Assembly: GCA_032718475.1 (NCBI GenBank)
Contig: JAUCBJ010006005.1
Coordinates: 9,664 to 73,663 of the forward strand
From: Nemertoderma westbladi
Taxonomy: Eukaryota; Animalia; Xenacoelomorpha
Direction of reading: 5' to 3'
DNA: 64,000 nt
A model generated the notes under the pieces. The model had not been told where the DNA came from. It saw only the letters and a program-made list of their open reading frames with translations, and searched no databases. Position numbers and translations under genes: made by a program. Shown in pieces: positions 25,733 through 39,079 of this stretch. Positions within the stretch are counted from its first letter, which is position 1; the number at the start of each line of letters is the position of its first letter.

Positions 25733-27826
25733 TAAGCAACCGAGGGTGGACTCTCTATAGCCGAGGGGCACTTGTATAATAACTAATAATCACGAACCCC
25801 ATCCTCTTATAATATATAACTCTGTAGTAGTCAGTAGCAGTAGTAATAATAGTAGTAGTAGTAGTAGTATAAGTAGTAAGTAATAGTAAAGGAGATCGGT
25901 TTAAACCAAAGTGATAAAGTAACATTATTATATAACATAATCATATAGACAAAGTAGAATAAGATACAGATTCATAATTATTTTATCAAACTCATGTACT
26001 ACTTACTTCAATGTGCCAATTGTAACAATAATTAAACATATTATTCCAATTAATCTGCGTTTGGCCCTATAAGATATTATACTGAAGTGTTTTATATCAA
26101 TATATCCATGCGAGTAAACAAGAAGTGAAGTAAATGTTTATTATTATAGTTTTAGAAATTGAATGATATACCCAAGATAGTGAAATAGATAATATACAAG
26201 AAATTGCCATTTGATCAGATATATCAAAGCGGCGTCTTTAGTATAATACCGTAATAGTATCAATTAACTCTGTTATACAATGTAAATATACTAAATCTAT
26301 TTATAAATATATTATGAGCCCTAAATTGTATATTTCTCCTACAGGTAGACAATGTAGTATGTTAAACTTGATATAATTTGGTATAATGTATAACATATTA
26401 CAAATAAGACTGAGGCAGCTAAACTATATTGCAAAGAAATCAAATATCCTAAAGTAATATACTAGACCCTCCCTCCACCCTATAAATAGTGTTCACCACC
26501 TACCCCACCCACCGCCCTTATTACTTCATAATAATGAAAGATAGTACTGGCGCTCCGGTCACTCCGTTCCCTCCGCTGGGGGGGTTAAGTTGTAGGTTTT
26601 GACACTATGCAAAATCCGAGCACAGAGTTAGAAGCGCATTGGATAGGCGAACATTTCTTGCAGTGAAAGTATTTCCATACCTATTATAGTTTTCGAGATA
26701 GTCAGACATGAGTAGCTAAAATTTGAATTTTTTTGGTAAAGTCTGATTTCACCGGTACCTATCATCCGAAATATGGATTGTGATATATCGTTAGATGCGG
26801 GTCCACTAACTGTACATTCACATATTTTCAAGGAAAAAATTCGATCAAGGGTTTTCGAAATATTTTCGAATTACCGGAAGCAGACTTTGGACGACCATAT
26901 CTCCGGTACCGGTAGGCCTATTGAGTCGAAATTTTTTTTAATCTACTTAGAACACTCCAGTGAATGTTTTTTAGTTTGAAAGTTTTGCCCCAAAATGCTC
27001 AGAAGTAATTTCGAAAAAACTGATCATTTCGCGATCATGATCTTTTGACCCCCTAGAATTGAACTTTTTTATGGTCAAATTTTGGCTACCCCCCCCTAAT
27101 TCGAGGGTGAGGAATCTTTTTGTAATTTTAAGTTTTTTCATACGGTGAACTCACAGGACTTGGTCTTCGAAATAAAACCGAAAACAAGATCTTTCCTGAT
27201 CATGGCCTGATCAAATCGCTTTTTGAAAATTTTGAAATGCTCAAAAGTTGCCCCTTCTTAATAGAAGTCGATTAGTAACAAAAAAATCGGGGGTCTCAAA
27301 CAAAGTTTTAGAGAAAATCGGGAAAAACTGAAAAACACGATCTTTTATGATCAGGAAGCTGATCTCGAGAACTGGTTGCCCGATCGAGCCAATTTTTTTT
27401 TTAATCAACTCAGAATAGACCATTGCACATTTCTTACAATGAATGTTTATTAGAAAAATGCTTAGATTCGATTTTAAATATACTGATCTTTTCGCGATCA
27501 TGATCTTGAGTTTTGACCCACTAGACTTGAACTTTTTTATGCCCAAATTTTGGCTACCCCCCATAATTCGAGGGCGAGGAATCTTTTTGTGATGTTAAGT
27601 TTTTCCATACGGTGAACACATTATGTATGGCGAAAAGTCTTCTGGATAAATTTTGGGGGGGGGGTCTAGGAACATCCTATTGTTCGTTTTCGCTTAGTTG
27701 CTGAGATCCTCTCGTCCCACAAATTCCAGGATTCTATAAAGGCATTCTGCTGGACTAGTTCCGTGGCCGGAATAGTGTTCGGTGTTCTGCGAACAGAGAA
27801 CCTAATCGGTTTAGGGCCCTGACAGT
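25733..27826. repeat. Duplicated block X, copy 2 (no CACTA insertion; 704-bp internal deletion)
   Basis: Colinear with copy 1 but lacks 24762-25465; the junction has AAC microhomology at about 27615. Confidence 0.9.
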
Positions 27827-28258
27827 CCAGACACTTCGTACCTGTTCTATTTGTACCTGGTCTATTCGTACCCAGACAGTTCGTACATGTACTATTTGTA
27901 CCGGTCCATTCGTACCCAGACACTTCGTACCTGAACTATTTGTACCTGGTCTATTCGTACCCAGACACTTCGTACTTGGACTATTTGTACCTGGTCTATT
28001 CGTACACAGACACTTCGTACCTGTACTATTTGTACCGGTCCATTCGTACCCGGACGCTTCGTACCTGTACTATTTGTACCGGTCCATTCGTACCCGGACG
28101 CTTCGTACCTGTACTATTTGTAGCGGTCCATTCGTACCCAGACAGTTCGTACATGTACTATTTGTACCGGTCCATTCGTACCCGGACGCTTCGTACCTGT
28201 ACTATTTGTACCGGTCCATTCGTACCCAGACACTTCGTACCTGTACCATTTGTACCAT
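27827..28258. repeat. Terminal part of the 15/45-bp array
   Basis: Same unit as 10060-20448; ends about 40 nt from the SEC24 donor site. Confidence 0.95.
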
Positions 28259-28299
28259 TGGGATTCGATCCGACTATTGAGGTACACAAACTGACTAAC

Positions 28300-28536
28300 C
28301 ATATATTCTGAAGGCGCAATAAACTCTACAGTTGAGTTTCTAATCTCAGTCCGTCGCTGCGGGTTCCCGTGAGTTTTACTAACTGGATCGTAAAGGAACT
28401 CGTCGGGGACCTCATTGTGTCGGTAACAGACGTTACAGCGCCAATGACGTTGATCCACAAACGTTACATAAGGATTGATGTAGGTCCGACAGGAGCGACA
28501 ACGAACAATCGGGGATGATTGAATCACCGGTAGAGT
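28300..28536 (-). CDS. SEC24: SEC24A/B-like exon, Sec23/Sec24 zinc finger
   Basis: TLPVIQSSPIVRCRSCRTYINP...WRCNVCYRHNEVP...EFIAPSEYM; acceptor TTTTCAG| and donor |GTTAGT; 237 nt, phase 0/0. Confidence 0.95.
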
Positions 28537-28669
28537 CTGAAAAGCAATACAGTGGATGACTTGTAGTGTCTATAAAGCAACAGTGGATACTGGCTACGAA
28601 TTAGGAATCTGTGAATTACAACAATGCACAACACTTAAAGCCATACATTTTCATTAAAGAAGGTATTCT

Positions 28670-31600
28670 TGGTAGTGAACAGGCATTCCTTTAGGAAACA
28701 GAGTGGAAGGATTTACTGTGGAAGATCAGCCGTGTTGGTGAACAGTCATTCCTTTACGAAACAGAGTGGACGGGTTTACTATGGAAGATCACCCATGGTG
28801 GAGAACAGGCATTCCTTTTAGGAAACATAGTGGAGACTGGAGGTGTTTACTGTGGAAGATCACCCATGGTGGTGAACAGGCATTCATTTAGGAAACATAG
28901 TGGAGGGGTTTACTGTGGAAGATCACACATGGTGAACAGTCATTCCTTTAGGAAACAGAGAAGAAGGGTTTACTGTGGATGATCACCCGTGTTGGTGAAC
29001 AGTCATACCTTTAGGAAACAGAGTGGAAGGGTTTACTGTGGAAGATCACCCATGGTGGTGAACAGGAATTTCTTTAGGAAACAGAGTGGAAGGGTTTACT
29101 GTGGAAGATCAGCCATGGTGGTGAACAGGAATTTCTTTAGGAAACAGAGTGGAAGGGTTTACTGTGGAAGATCACCCATGGTGGTGAACAGGCAACATAG
29201 AGGAGGGGTTTACTGTGGAAGATCACCCATGGTGGTGAACACCATTCATTTGGGAAACAGAGTGGACGGATTTACTGTGGAAGATCACAAATGGTGGTGA
29301 ACATGCATTACTTTAGGAAACAGAGTGGAAGGTTTTAATGTGAAATATCACCCATGGTGGTGAACAGTCATTCCTTTAGGAAACAGAGTGGAAGGCTTTA
29401 CTGTGGAAGATCACCCATGGTGGTGAACAGGAATTTCTTCAGGAAACAGAGTGGAAGGGTTTACTGTGGAAGATCACCAAGGGTAGTGAACAGGAATTTC
29501 TTTAGGAAACATAGTGGAAGGGTTTACTGTGGAAGACCACCCATGGTGGTGCACAGATATTCCTTTAGGAAACATAGTGGAAGGGTTTACTGTGGAAGAT
29601 CACCCACGGTAGTGAACAGGCATTCCTTTAGGAAACAGAGTGGAATGGTTTACTGTGTAATATCACCCATGGTGGTGAACATATATTCCTTTAGGAAACA
29701 TAGTGGAAGGGTTTACTGTGGAAGATCACCCACGGTGGTGAACAGGCATCCCTTTAGGAAACAGAGTGGAATGATTTAGGCTACTGTGGAAGATCACCCA
29801 TGGTGAAGAACAGGCATTCCTTTTAGGAAACATAGTGGAGGGGTTTACTGTGGAAGATCACACATGGTGGTGAACATACATTACTTTAGGGAAACAGAGT
29901 GGAAGGTTTTACTGTGGAATATCACCCATGGTGGTGAACAGGCATTACTTTGGGAACAGAATGGAATGGTTTACTGTGGAAGATCACCCATGGTGGTGAA
30001 CAGGCATTCCTTTAGGAAACAAAGTGGAAGGGTTTACTGTGGAAGATCACCCATGGTGGTGAACAGGCATTACTTTGGTAACATAATGGAATGGTTTACT
30101 GTGGAAGATCAACCATGGTGGTGAACAGGCATTCCTTTAGGAAACAGAGTGGAATGGTTTACAGTGGAAGATCACCCATGGTGGTGAACAGGCATCCCTT
30201 TAGGAAACAGAGTGGAATGATTTTGGCTACTGTGGAAGATCACCCATGGTGAATAACAGGCATTCCTTTTAGGAAACATAGTGGAGGGGTTTACTGTGGA
30301 AGATCACCCATGGTGGTGAACAGGCATTCATTTAGGAAACATAGTGGAGGGGTTTACTGTGGAAGATCACACATGGTGGTGAACATACATTACTTTAGGA
30401 AACAGAGTGGAAGGTTTTACTGTGGAATATCACCCATGGTGGTGAACAGGCATTACTTTGGGAACAGAATGGAATGGTTTACTGTGGAAGATCACCCATG
30501 GTGGTGAACAGGCATTCCTTTAGAAAACAGAGTGGAAGGGTTTACTGTGGAAGATCACCCATGGTGGTGAACAGGCATTACTTTGGGAACAGAATGGAAT
30601 GGTTTACTGTGGAAGATCACCCATGGTGGTGAACAGGCATTCCTTTAGGAAACAGAGTGGAATGGTTTACAGTGGAAGATCACCCATGGTGGTGAACAGG
30701 CATTAATTTGAGAACAGAATGGAAGGGTTTACTGTGGAAGATCACCCATGGTGGTGAACAGGCATTCCTTTAGGAAAACAGAGTGGAAGTGGAAGGGTGT
30801 ACAGTGGAAGATCACCCATGGTGGTGAATAGGCATTCCTTTAGGAAACAGAGTGGAAGGGTGTATAGTGGAAGATCACCCATCGTGGTAAATAGGCATTC
30901 CTTTAGGGAACAGATTGGAAGGGTTTACTGTGGAAGATCACCCATGGTGGTGAACAGGCATTCCTTTGGGAAACAGAGTGGAAGGGTTTACTGCGGAAGA
31001 TATCACCGATGGTGGTGAACAGGAATTTCTTTAGGAAACAGAGTGGAAGGGTTTACTGTGGAAGATCACCAACGGTGGTGAACTGAACAGGCATTACTTT
31101 GAGAACATAATGGAAGGGTTTACTGTGGAAAATCACCCATGGTGGTGAACAGGCTTTCCTTTAGGAAACAGAGTGGAACGGTTTACTGTGGAAGATCACC
31201 CACCGTGCTGAACAGGAATTTCTTTAGGAAACAGAGAGTGGAAGGGTTTATTGTGGAAGATCACCCATGTGGTGATAAACGGGCATTCCTTTAGGAAACA
31301 GAGTGGAATGGTTTACTGTGGAAGATCACCCATGGTGGTGAACAGGCATTACTTTGGGAACAGAATGGAATGGTTTACTGTGGAAGATCACCCATGGTGG
31401 TGAACAGGCATTCCTTTAAGAAACAGAGTGGAATGGTTTACTGTGGAAGATCACCCACGGTGGTGAACAGGAATTTATTTAGGAAACAGAGTGGAAGGGT
31501 TTACTGTGGAAGATCACCCATGGTGGTGAACAGGCATTACTTTGGGAACAGAATGGAAGGGTTTACTGTTGAAGATCACCCATGGTGGTGTACAGGCATT

Positions 31601-34600
31601 CCTTTAGGAAACAGAGTGGAATGATTTAGGCTACTGTGGAAGATCACCCATGGTGGTGAACGGGAATTTCTTTAGGAAACAGAGTGGAAGGGTTTATTGT
31701 GGAAGATCACCCATGGTGGTGAACAGGCATTACTTTGGGAACAGAATGGAATTGTTTACTGTGGAAGATCACCCATGGTGGTGAACAGGCATTCCTTTAG
31801 GAAACAGAGTGGAATGGTTTACTGTGGAAGATCACCCACGGTGGTGAACAGGCATTACTTTGGGAACATAATGGAAGGGTTTACTGTGGAAGATCACCCA
31901 TGGTGGTGAACAGGCATCCCTTTAGGAAACAGAGTGGAATGGTTTATTGTGTAAGATCATCCATGGTGGTAAACAGGCATTCCTTTAGGAAACAGAGTGG
32001 AATGGTTTACTGTGGAAGATCACCCATGGTGGTGAACGGTCATTACTTTGGGAACAGAATGGAAGGGTTTACTGTGGAAGATCACCCATGGTGGTGAACA
32101 GGCATTCCTTTAGGAAACAGAATGGAATGGTTTATTGTGGAAGATCATCCATGGTGGTGAACAGGCATTACTTTGAGAACAGAATTGAAGGGTTTACTGT
32201 GAAAGATGATCCATGGTGGTGTACAGGCATTCCTTTAGGAAACAGAGTGGAATGATTTAGGCTACTGGGGAAGATCACCCATGGTGGTGAACAGGAATTT
32301 CTTTAGGGAAACAGAGTGGAAGGGTTTATTGTGGAAGATCACCTATGGTGGTGAACGGGAATTTCTTTGGGAAACAGAGTGGAAGGGTGTACTATGGAGG
32401 ATCACCCATGGTGGTGAACGGGAATTTCTTTAGGAAACAGAGTGGAAGGGTTTACTGTGGAAGATCACCCACGGTGGTGAACAGGCATTCCTTTAGGAAA
32501 CAGAGTGGAATGGTTTACTGTGGAATATCACCCATGGTGGTGAACATATATTCCTTTAGGAAACATAGTGGAAGGGTTTACTGTGGAAGATCACCCACGG
32601 TGGTGAACAGGCATTCCTTTAGGAAACAGAGTGGAATGATTTAGGCTACTGTGGAAGATCACCCATGGTGAAGAACAGGCGTTCCTTTTAGGAAACATAG
32701 TGGAGGGGTTTACTGTGGAAGATCACCCATGGTGGTGAACAGGCATTCATTTAGGAAACATAGTGGAGGGGTTTACTGTGGAAGATTACCCATGGTGGTG
32801 AACATACATTACTTTAGGAAACAGAGTGGAAGGTTTTACTGTGGAATATCACCCATGGTGGTGAACAGTCATTCCTTTAGGAAAAAGAGTGGAAGGGTTT
32901 ACTGTGGAAGATCACCCATGGTGGTGAACATACATTACTTTAGGAAACAGAGTGGAAGGTTTTACTGTGGAATATCACCCATGGTGGTGAACAGTCATTC
33001 CTTTAGGAAACATAGTGGAGGGGTTTACTGTGGAAGATCACACATGGTGGTGAACTGAACATACATTACTTTAGGAAACAGAGTGGAAGGTTTTACTGCG
33101 GAATATCACCCATGGTGGTGAACAGTCATTCCTTTAGGAAAAAGAGTGGAAGGGTTTACTGTGGAAGATCACCCATGGTGGTGAACAGGTATTACTTTGG
33201 GAACAGAATGGAATGGTTTACTGTGGAAGATCACCCATGGTGGTGAACAGGCATTCCTTTAGGAAACAGAGTGGAATGGTTTACAGTGGAAGATCACCAA
33301 TGGTGGTGAACAGGGATTACTTTGAGAACAGAATGGAAGGGTTTACTGTGGAAGATCACCCATGGTGGTGAATAGGCATTCCTTTAGGAAACAGAGTGGA
33401 ATGGTTTACTGTAGAAGATCACCCATGGTGGTGAACAGGCATTGCTTTGGGAACAGAATGGAAGGGTTTACTGTGGAAGATCACCCATGGTGGTGAACAG
33501 GCATTCCTTTAGGAAAACAGAGTGGAAGTGGAAGGGTCTACTAACAGTGGAAGATCACCCATGGTGGTGAATAGGCATTCCTTTAGGAAACAGAGTGGAA
33601 GGGTGTATAGTGGAAGATCACCCATGGTGGTAAATAGGCATTCCTTTACGAAACAGATTGGAAGGGTTTACTGTGGAAGATCACCCATGGTGGTGAACAG
33701 GCATTCATTTAGGAAACATAGTGGAGGGGTTTACTGTGGAAGATTACCCATGGTGGTGAACATACATTACTTTAGGAAACAGAGTGGAAGGTTTTACTGT
33801 GGAATATCACCCATGGTGGTGAACAGTCATTCCTTTAGGAAAAAGAGTGGAAGGGTTTACTGTGGAAGATCACCCATGGTGGTGAACATACATTACTTTA
33901 GGAAACAGAGTGGAAGGTTTTACTGTGGAATATTACCCATGGTGGTGAACAGTCATTCCTTTAGGAAACATAGTGGAGGGGTTTACTGTGGAAGATCACA
34001 CATGGTGGTGAACATACATTACTTTAGGAAACAGAGTGGAAGGTTTTACTGTGGAATATCACCCATGGTGGTGAACAGTCATTCCTTTAGGAAAAAGAGT
34101 GGAAGGGTTTACTGTGGAAGATCACCCATGGTGGTGAACAGGTATTACTTTGGGAACAGAATGGAATGGTTTACTGTGGAAGATCACCCATGGTGGTGAA
34201 CAGGCATTCCTTTAGGAAACAGAGTGGAATGGTTTACAGTGGAAGATCACCCATGGTGGTGAACAGGCATTACTTTGAGAACAGAATGGAAGGGTTTACT
34301 GTGGAAGATCACCCATGGTGGTGAATAGGCATTCCTTTAGGAAACAGAGTGGAATGGTTTACTGTAGAAGATCACCCATGGTGGTGAACAGGCATTGCTT
34401 TGGGAACAGAATGGAAGGGTTTACTGTGGAAGATCACCCATGGTGGTGAACAGGCATTCCTTTAGGAAAACAGAGTGGAAGTGGAAGGGTCTACTAACAG
34501 TGGAAGATCACCCATGGTGGTGAATAGGCATTCCTTTAGGAAACAGAGTGGAAGGGTGTATAGTGGAAGATCACCCATGGTGGTAAATAGGCATTCCTTT

Positions 34601-36826
34601 ACGAAACAGATTGGAAGGGTTTACTGTGGAAGATCACCCATGGTGGTGAACAGGCATTCCTTTTGGAAACAGAGTGGAAGGGTTTACTGTGGAAGATATC
34701 ACCGATGGTGGTGAACAGGAATTTCTTTAGGAAACAGAGTGGAAGGGTTTACTGTGGAAGATCACCCATGGTAGTGAAAAGGAATTTCTTTAGGAAACAG
34801 AGTGGAAGGGTTTACTGTGGAAGATCACCCATGGTGGTGAACAGGCATTCCTTTAGGAAACAGAGTGAAATGGTTTACTGTGGAAGATCACCCATGGTGG
34901 TGAACAGGCATTACTTTGGGAACAGAATGGAAGGGTTTACTGTGGAAAATCACCCTCGGTGCTGAACAGGAATTTCTTTAGGAAACAGAGTGGAAGGGTT
35001 TATTGTGGAAGATCACCCACGGTGCTGAACAGGAATTTCTTTAGGAAACAGAGTGGAAGGGTTTATTGTGGAAGATCACCCATGATGATGAACAGGCATT
35101 CCTTTAGGAAACAGAGTGGAATGGTTTACTGTGGAAGATCACCCATGATGATGAACAGGCATTCCTTAAGGAAACAGAGTGGAATGGTTTACTGTGGAAG
35201 ATCACCCATGGTGGTGAACAGGCATTACTTTGGGAACAGAATGGAATGGTTTACTGTGGAAGATCACCCATGGTGGTGAACACGCATTCCTTTAAGAAAC
35301 AGAGTGGAATGGTTTACTGTGGAAGATCACCCACGGTGGTGAACAGGAATTTATTTAGGAAACAGAGTGGAAGGGTTTACTGTGGAAGATCACCCATGGT
35401 GGTGAACAGGCATTCCTTTAGGAAACAGAGTGAAATGGTTTACTGTGGAAGATCACCCATGGTGGTGAACAGGCATTACTTTGGGAACAGAATGGAAGGG
35501 TTTACTGTGGAAGATCACCCATGGTGGTGTACAGGCATTCCTTTAGGAAACAGAGTGGAATGATTTAGGCTACTGTGGAAGATCACCCATGGTGGTGAAC
35601 GGGAATTTCTTTAGGAAACAGAGTGGAAGGGTTTATTGTGGAAGATCACCCATGGTGGTGAACAGGCATTACTTTGGGAAGAGAATGGAATTGTTTACTG
35701 TGGAAGATCACCCATGGTGGTGAACAGGCATTCCTTTAGGAAACAGAGTGGAAGGGTTTACTGTGGAAGATCACCCACGGTGGTGAACAGGAATTTATTT
35801 AGGAAACAGAGTGGAAGGGTTTATTGTGGAAGATCACCCATGGTGGTAAACAGGCATTCCTTTAGGAAACAGAGTGGAATGGTTTACTGTGGAAGATCAC
35901 CCATGGTGGTGAACAGGCATTACTTTGGCAACAGAATGGAAGGGTTTACTGTGGAAGATCACCCATGGTGGTGAACAGGCATTCCTTTAGGAAACAGAGT
36001 GGAATGCTTTACTGTGGAAGATCACCCATGGTGGTGAACAGGCATTCCTTTACGAAACAGAGTGGAGGGGTTGACTGTGGAAGATCACCCATGGTGGTGT
36101 ACAGCCATTCATTTAGGAAACAGAGTGGAATGATTTAGGCTACTGTGGAAGATCACCCATGGTGGTGAACAGGAATTTCTTTAGGAAACAGAGTGGAAGG
36201 GTTTATTGTGGAAGATCACCCATGGTGGTGAACGGGAATTTCTTTGGGAAACAGAATGGAAGGGTGTACTGTGGAAGATCACCCATGGTGGTGTACAGCC
36301 ATTCCTTTAGGAAACAGAGTGGAATGATTTAGGCTACTGTGGAAGATCACCCATGGTGGTGAACAGGAATTCCTTTAGGAAACAGAGTGGAATGCTTTAC
36401 TGTGGAAGATCACTCATGGTGGTGAACAGGCATTACTTTGAGAACAGAATGGAAGGGTTGACTGTGGAAGATCACCCATGGTGGTGTACAGCCATTCCTT
36501 TAGGAAACAGAGTGGAATGATTTAGGCTACTGTGGAAGATCACCCATGGTGGTGAACAGGAATTTCTTTAGGAAACAGAGTGGAAGGGTTTATTGTGGAA
36601 GATCACCCATGGTGGTGAACGGGAATTTCTTTGGGAAACAGAATGGAAGGGTGTACTGTGGAAGATAACCCATGGTGGTGAACAGGCATTCCTTTAGGAA
36701 ACAGAGTGGAAGGGATTGGTTTACGGTGGAAGATCATCCATGGTGGTGAACAGGAATTCCTTTAGGAAACAGAGTGGAAGGATTTAATGTGGAAGAGCAC
36801 CCATGGTGGTGAAAAGGAATTCCTTG
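28670..36826. repeat. 8.1-kb tandem array of a 63-bp unit
   Basis: GGAAACAGAGTGGAAGGGTTTACTGTGGAAGATCACCCATGGTGGTGAACAGGCATTCCTTTA, about 130 diverged copies. Confidence 0.97.
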
Positions 36827-37308
36827 GCTCAAGAGCCTAAAGATTCTCCTATACTTATTCAATATATCGTAAAAATTTTGATATATTAAAAATTGGATGT
36901 GAATTATATAGATACAGAGATATAACAATTTACGTGTGACAGGCCACTGTAAATTGTATTAATTTCCCATTGAATCACAGCTTATTGTGCAATTACAGTA
37001 ATTCAATTATTCTGGAACATTACTAATTTGCTACCTACACTTTACTGCTGTTCTTTTTTATGGCTTGTGTTATGTAAATTTATGCAGAACTTCAATGAAT
37101 GCGTATGTTCCGTTCGATATGAATCCTTCGCAAAGTAATTTTTTATAGACTTTTTGGTCATTAAGAAGTAACAAGGTAATATAGAATCCTAAAATCTGGT
37201 TCGGATTGATTGCTATTTACTTTTGGGATTTACGGTAGATTGACTCGCCAATCAGTTATTTTATAACTTACTTATTCACATACCGGACCGGTATATTCGG
37301 GAACTTAC

Positions 37309-37411
37309 TCTCAGATCTTTAAAAGGATGCAGAAGAATTCCCAGTGGTAGGCGGGATTTTTTCAATAAACTTTCAGTTTCAGGTAGGGTAGTTAACGTGC
37401 AACGAAGAGAG
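37309..37411 (-). CDS. SEC24: SEC24A/B-like exon (SLRCTLTTLPETESLLKKSRLPLGILLHPFKDLR)
   Basis: Not in the ORF track; translated by hand. Acceptor TTTTTGCAG| and donor |GTAAGT; 103 nt, phase 2/0. Matches the conserved RCTL...LPLG.L.HPF motif of SEC24A/B. Confidence 0.93.
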
Positions 37412-37901
37412 CTGCAAAAAAATATAAGCTTTTACAAAAATAACGAAATCCGTTAGCCAATGGACTTAGTTAATTCTAAGGGACGGTCAGTTACTAATAT
37501 ACTAAATTATTAACTTACATGTCACTATTAATTTGCAGAAGCGATAAAATAGCACCCCCCCCCCCCCCCCCCCGCGTTGGTTGGACACCAGGTGTGGCAA
37601 TCCCTACTTGTTTAGATTTCAAAATCAAAACAATTAGTTGTGATCAAAGATATGCAGGAACAATGTAATCTCGTCACAGTTAGAAACTAAGATCCAAAGA
37701 ATTATTTACAATGGACTCCGCCCGCAGAAAAATTCAGCTTTTAGCTAAATTTGTTTACATTGAAATTGTTGATATTATTAAAGCTCTTATTATTGTTTGA
37801 CTCTTCTTAGGAAGATTAAATAATGATGTTAGTTGTAAAGGACTCGGGAGTTCCTGTATAAACTCCGATATATATATATTTATTAATCAAACTCAACTTA
37901 C

Positions 37902-38098
37902 TGCGGTTCAACTACGATCTCCTCGTCGGGAACATTTGCTCTCGGTAGTAGCGGCGTCGGGGGTTCAATAGGAGCCGTCGGAACGATACGGCGGTGCTGC
38001 AACAGGTTGATCGGTCGAGAATCGCTGATTGGTTGATTACCTTGGACATTTAATCCGGATGAACCAATGGGAGCACCGTTAACTTCAGAATAGTTCGG
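37902..38098 (-). CDS. SEC24: SEC24A/B-like exon (PNYSE...RPINLLQHRRIVP...VEP)
   Basis: Acceptor TTGCAG|CCG and donor CA|GTAAGT; 197 nt, phase 0/2. The NLLQ motif resembles the segment preceding the SEC24A/B core. Confidence 0.85.
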
Positions 38099-38342
38099 CT
38101 GCAACGTAATATAGTTAATCATTAATTTGAAAGAGATAATAAACAACAAACAACGGCATTACAAAAAAACTTAAGTTAAAAATAACAATGATGAGAGATT
38201 TACTTCCTAAAACCAAAGAACTAAGTCTACCAAACAAAAAATAGTAGTTCGAATACAGCAACAATATTATGTCAATTTGTTGAATAATGGCACCGGAAAC
38301 TCGCGCAGATATAAATGCACAATAAATAATAGTTTCAATAAC

Positions 38343-38669
38343 CTGTTGGGGTAAGGAAGGCCCTGTCATGGCGTAGTTTCCTGTTCGATTCTGAAGATGG
38401 GGCGCCTGAGAAGCCATTTGCTTTAGTAATGGCGGCTGAGTAGGATTAGGGGGAAACTGCGGAGGAGGTTGGTATTGGTTGATGCCAGGTGCTGCTGGGT
38501 TTACAGGTAGATAAGGTTGATATTGGCTGAATCCAGGAGCCGGCGAAGAGTGGTCGGACCCAGGTGCCGGCACATGGTGGCTGAACCCTGGTGCCGGCGC
38601 AGGGTGGCTGGATCCAGGTGCCGGTAAAGGGTGATTAGGTGTACGAGTGTATCTGTGTAATTCTTTGCC
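38343..38669 (-). CDS. SEC24: SEC24A/B-like exon (Pro-rich, GKELHR...SLPQQ)
   Basis: Acceptor TTTTAATGCAG|GGC and donor CAG|GTTATT; 327 nt, phase 0/0. Confidence 0.8.
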
Positions 38670-39079
38670 CTGCATTAAAATAAAAAATAACCCCTTCTTT
38701 AGATACCATCTAGAGTTGAAACAGAGACCTGTCACTGATCTCTGATATCTGGACTCTCTGGGCTCTTTTTTGGTCTCCGTATAGGTCTCTGGTTCCCGGG
38801 TATTGAAAACAAACATTTTACCCAGAGATCAGTGATTTGACAGAAATAGGTATTTAAAAATAGATCCTGTACAACACAAAATATGAAATTATGATTATTT
38901 TTCACAAATTTTTTACAATTAATTATTTCTTTAATTTTTAACTATTTTTCATACACCACTTCAACATAATTATATATTCACTTTTACACTATTTCTATTT
39001 CTAATAAATGTACCGATAATCTTCTATTTAATTAATTTAAGGTGCGTTTAAATTTAAGTTAAATTAGCACCTAGTAAAG

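Noticed and set aside
28989-35974. Repetitive 21-aa ORFs (RKQSGRVYCGRSPMVVNRHSF)
   Set aside because: By-product of the 63-bp unit; frequent indels and stops, antisense within an intron.
38115-38816. ORF-track extents of SEC24 pieces (also 42341..43939, 28114..28527, 9739..9924)
   Set aside because: The ORFs run into intron sequence; exon limits were reset to GT-AG sites that keep phase.
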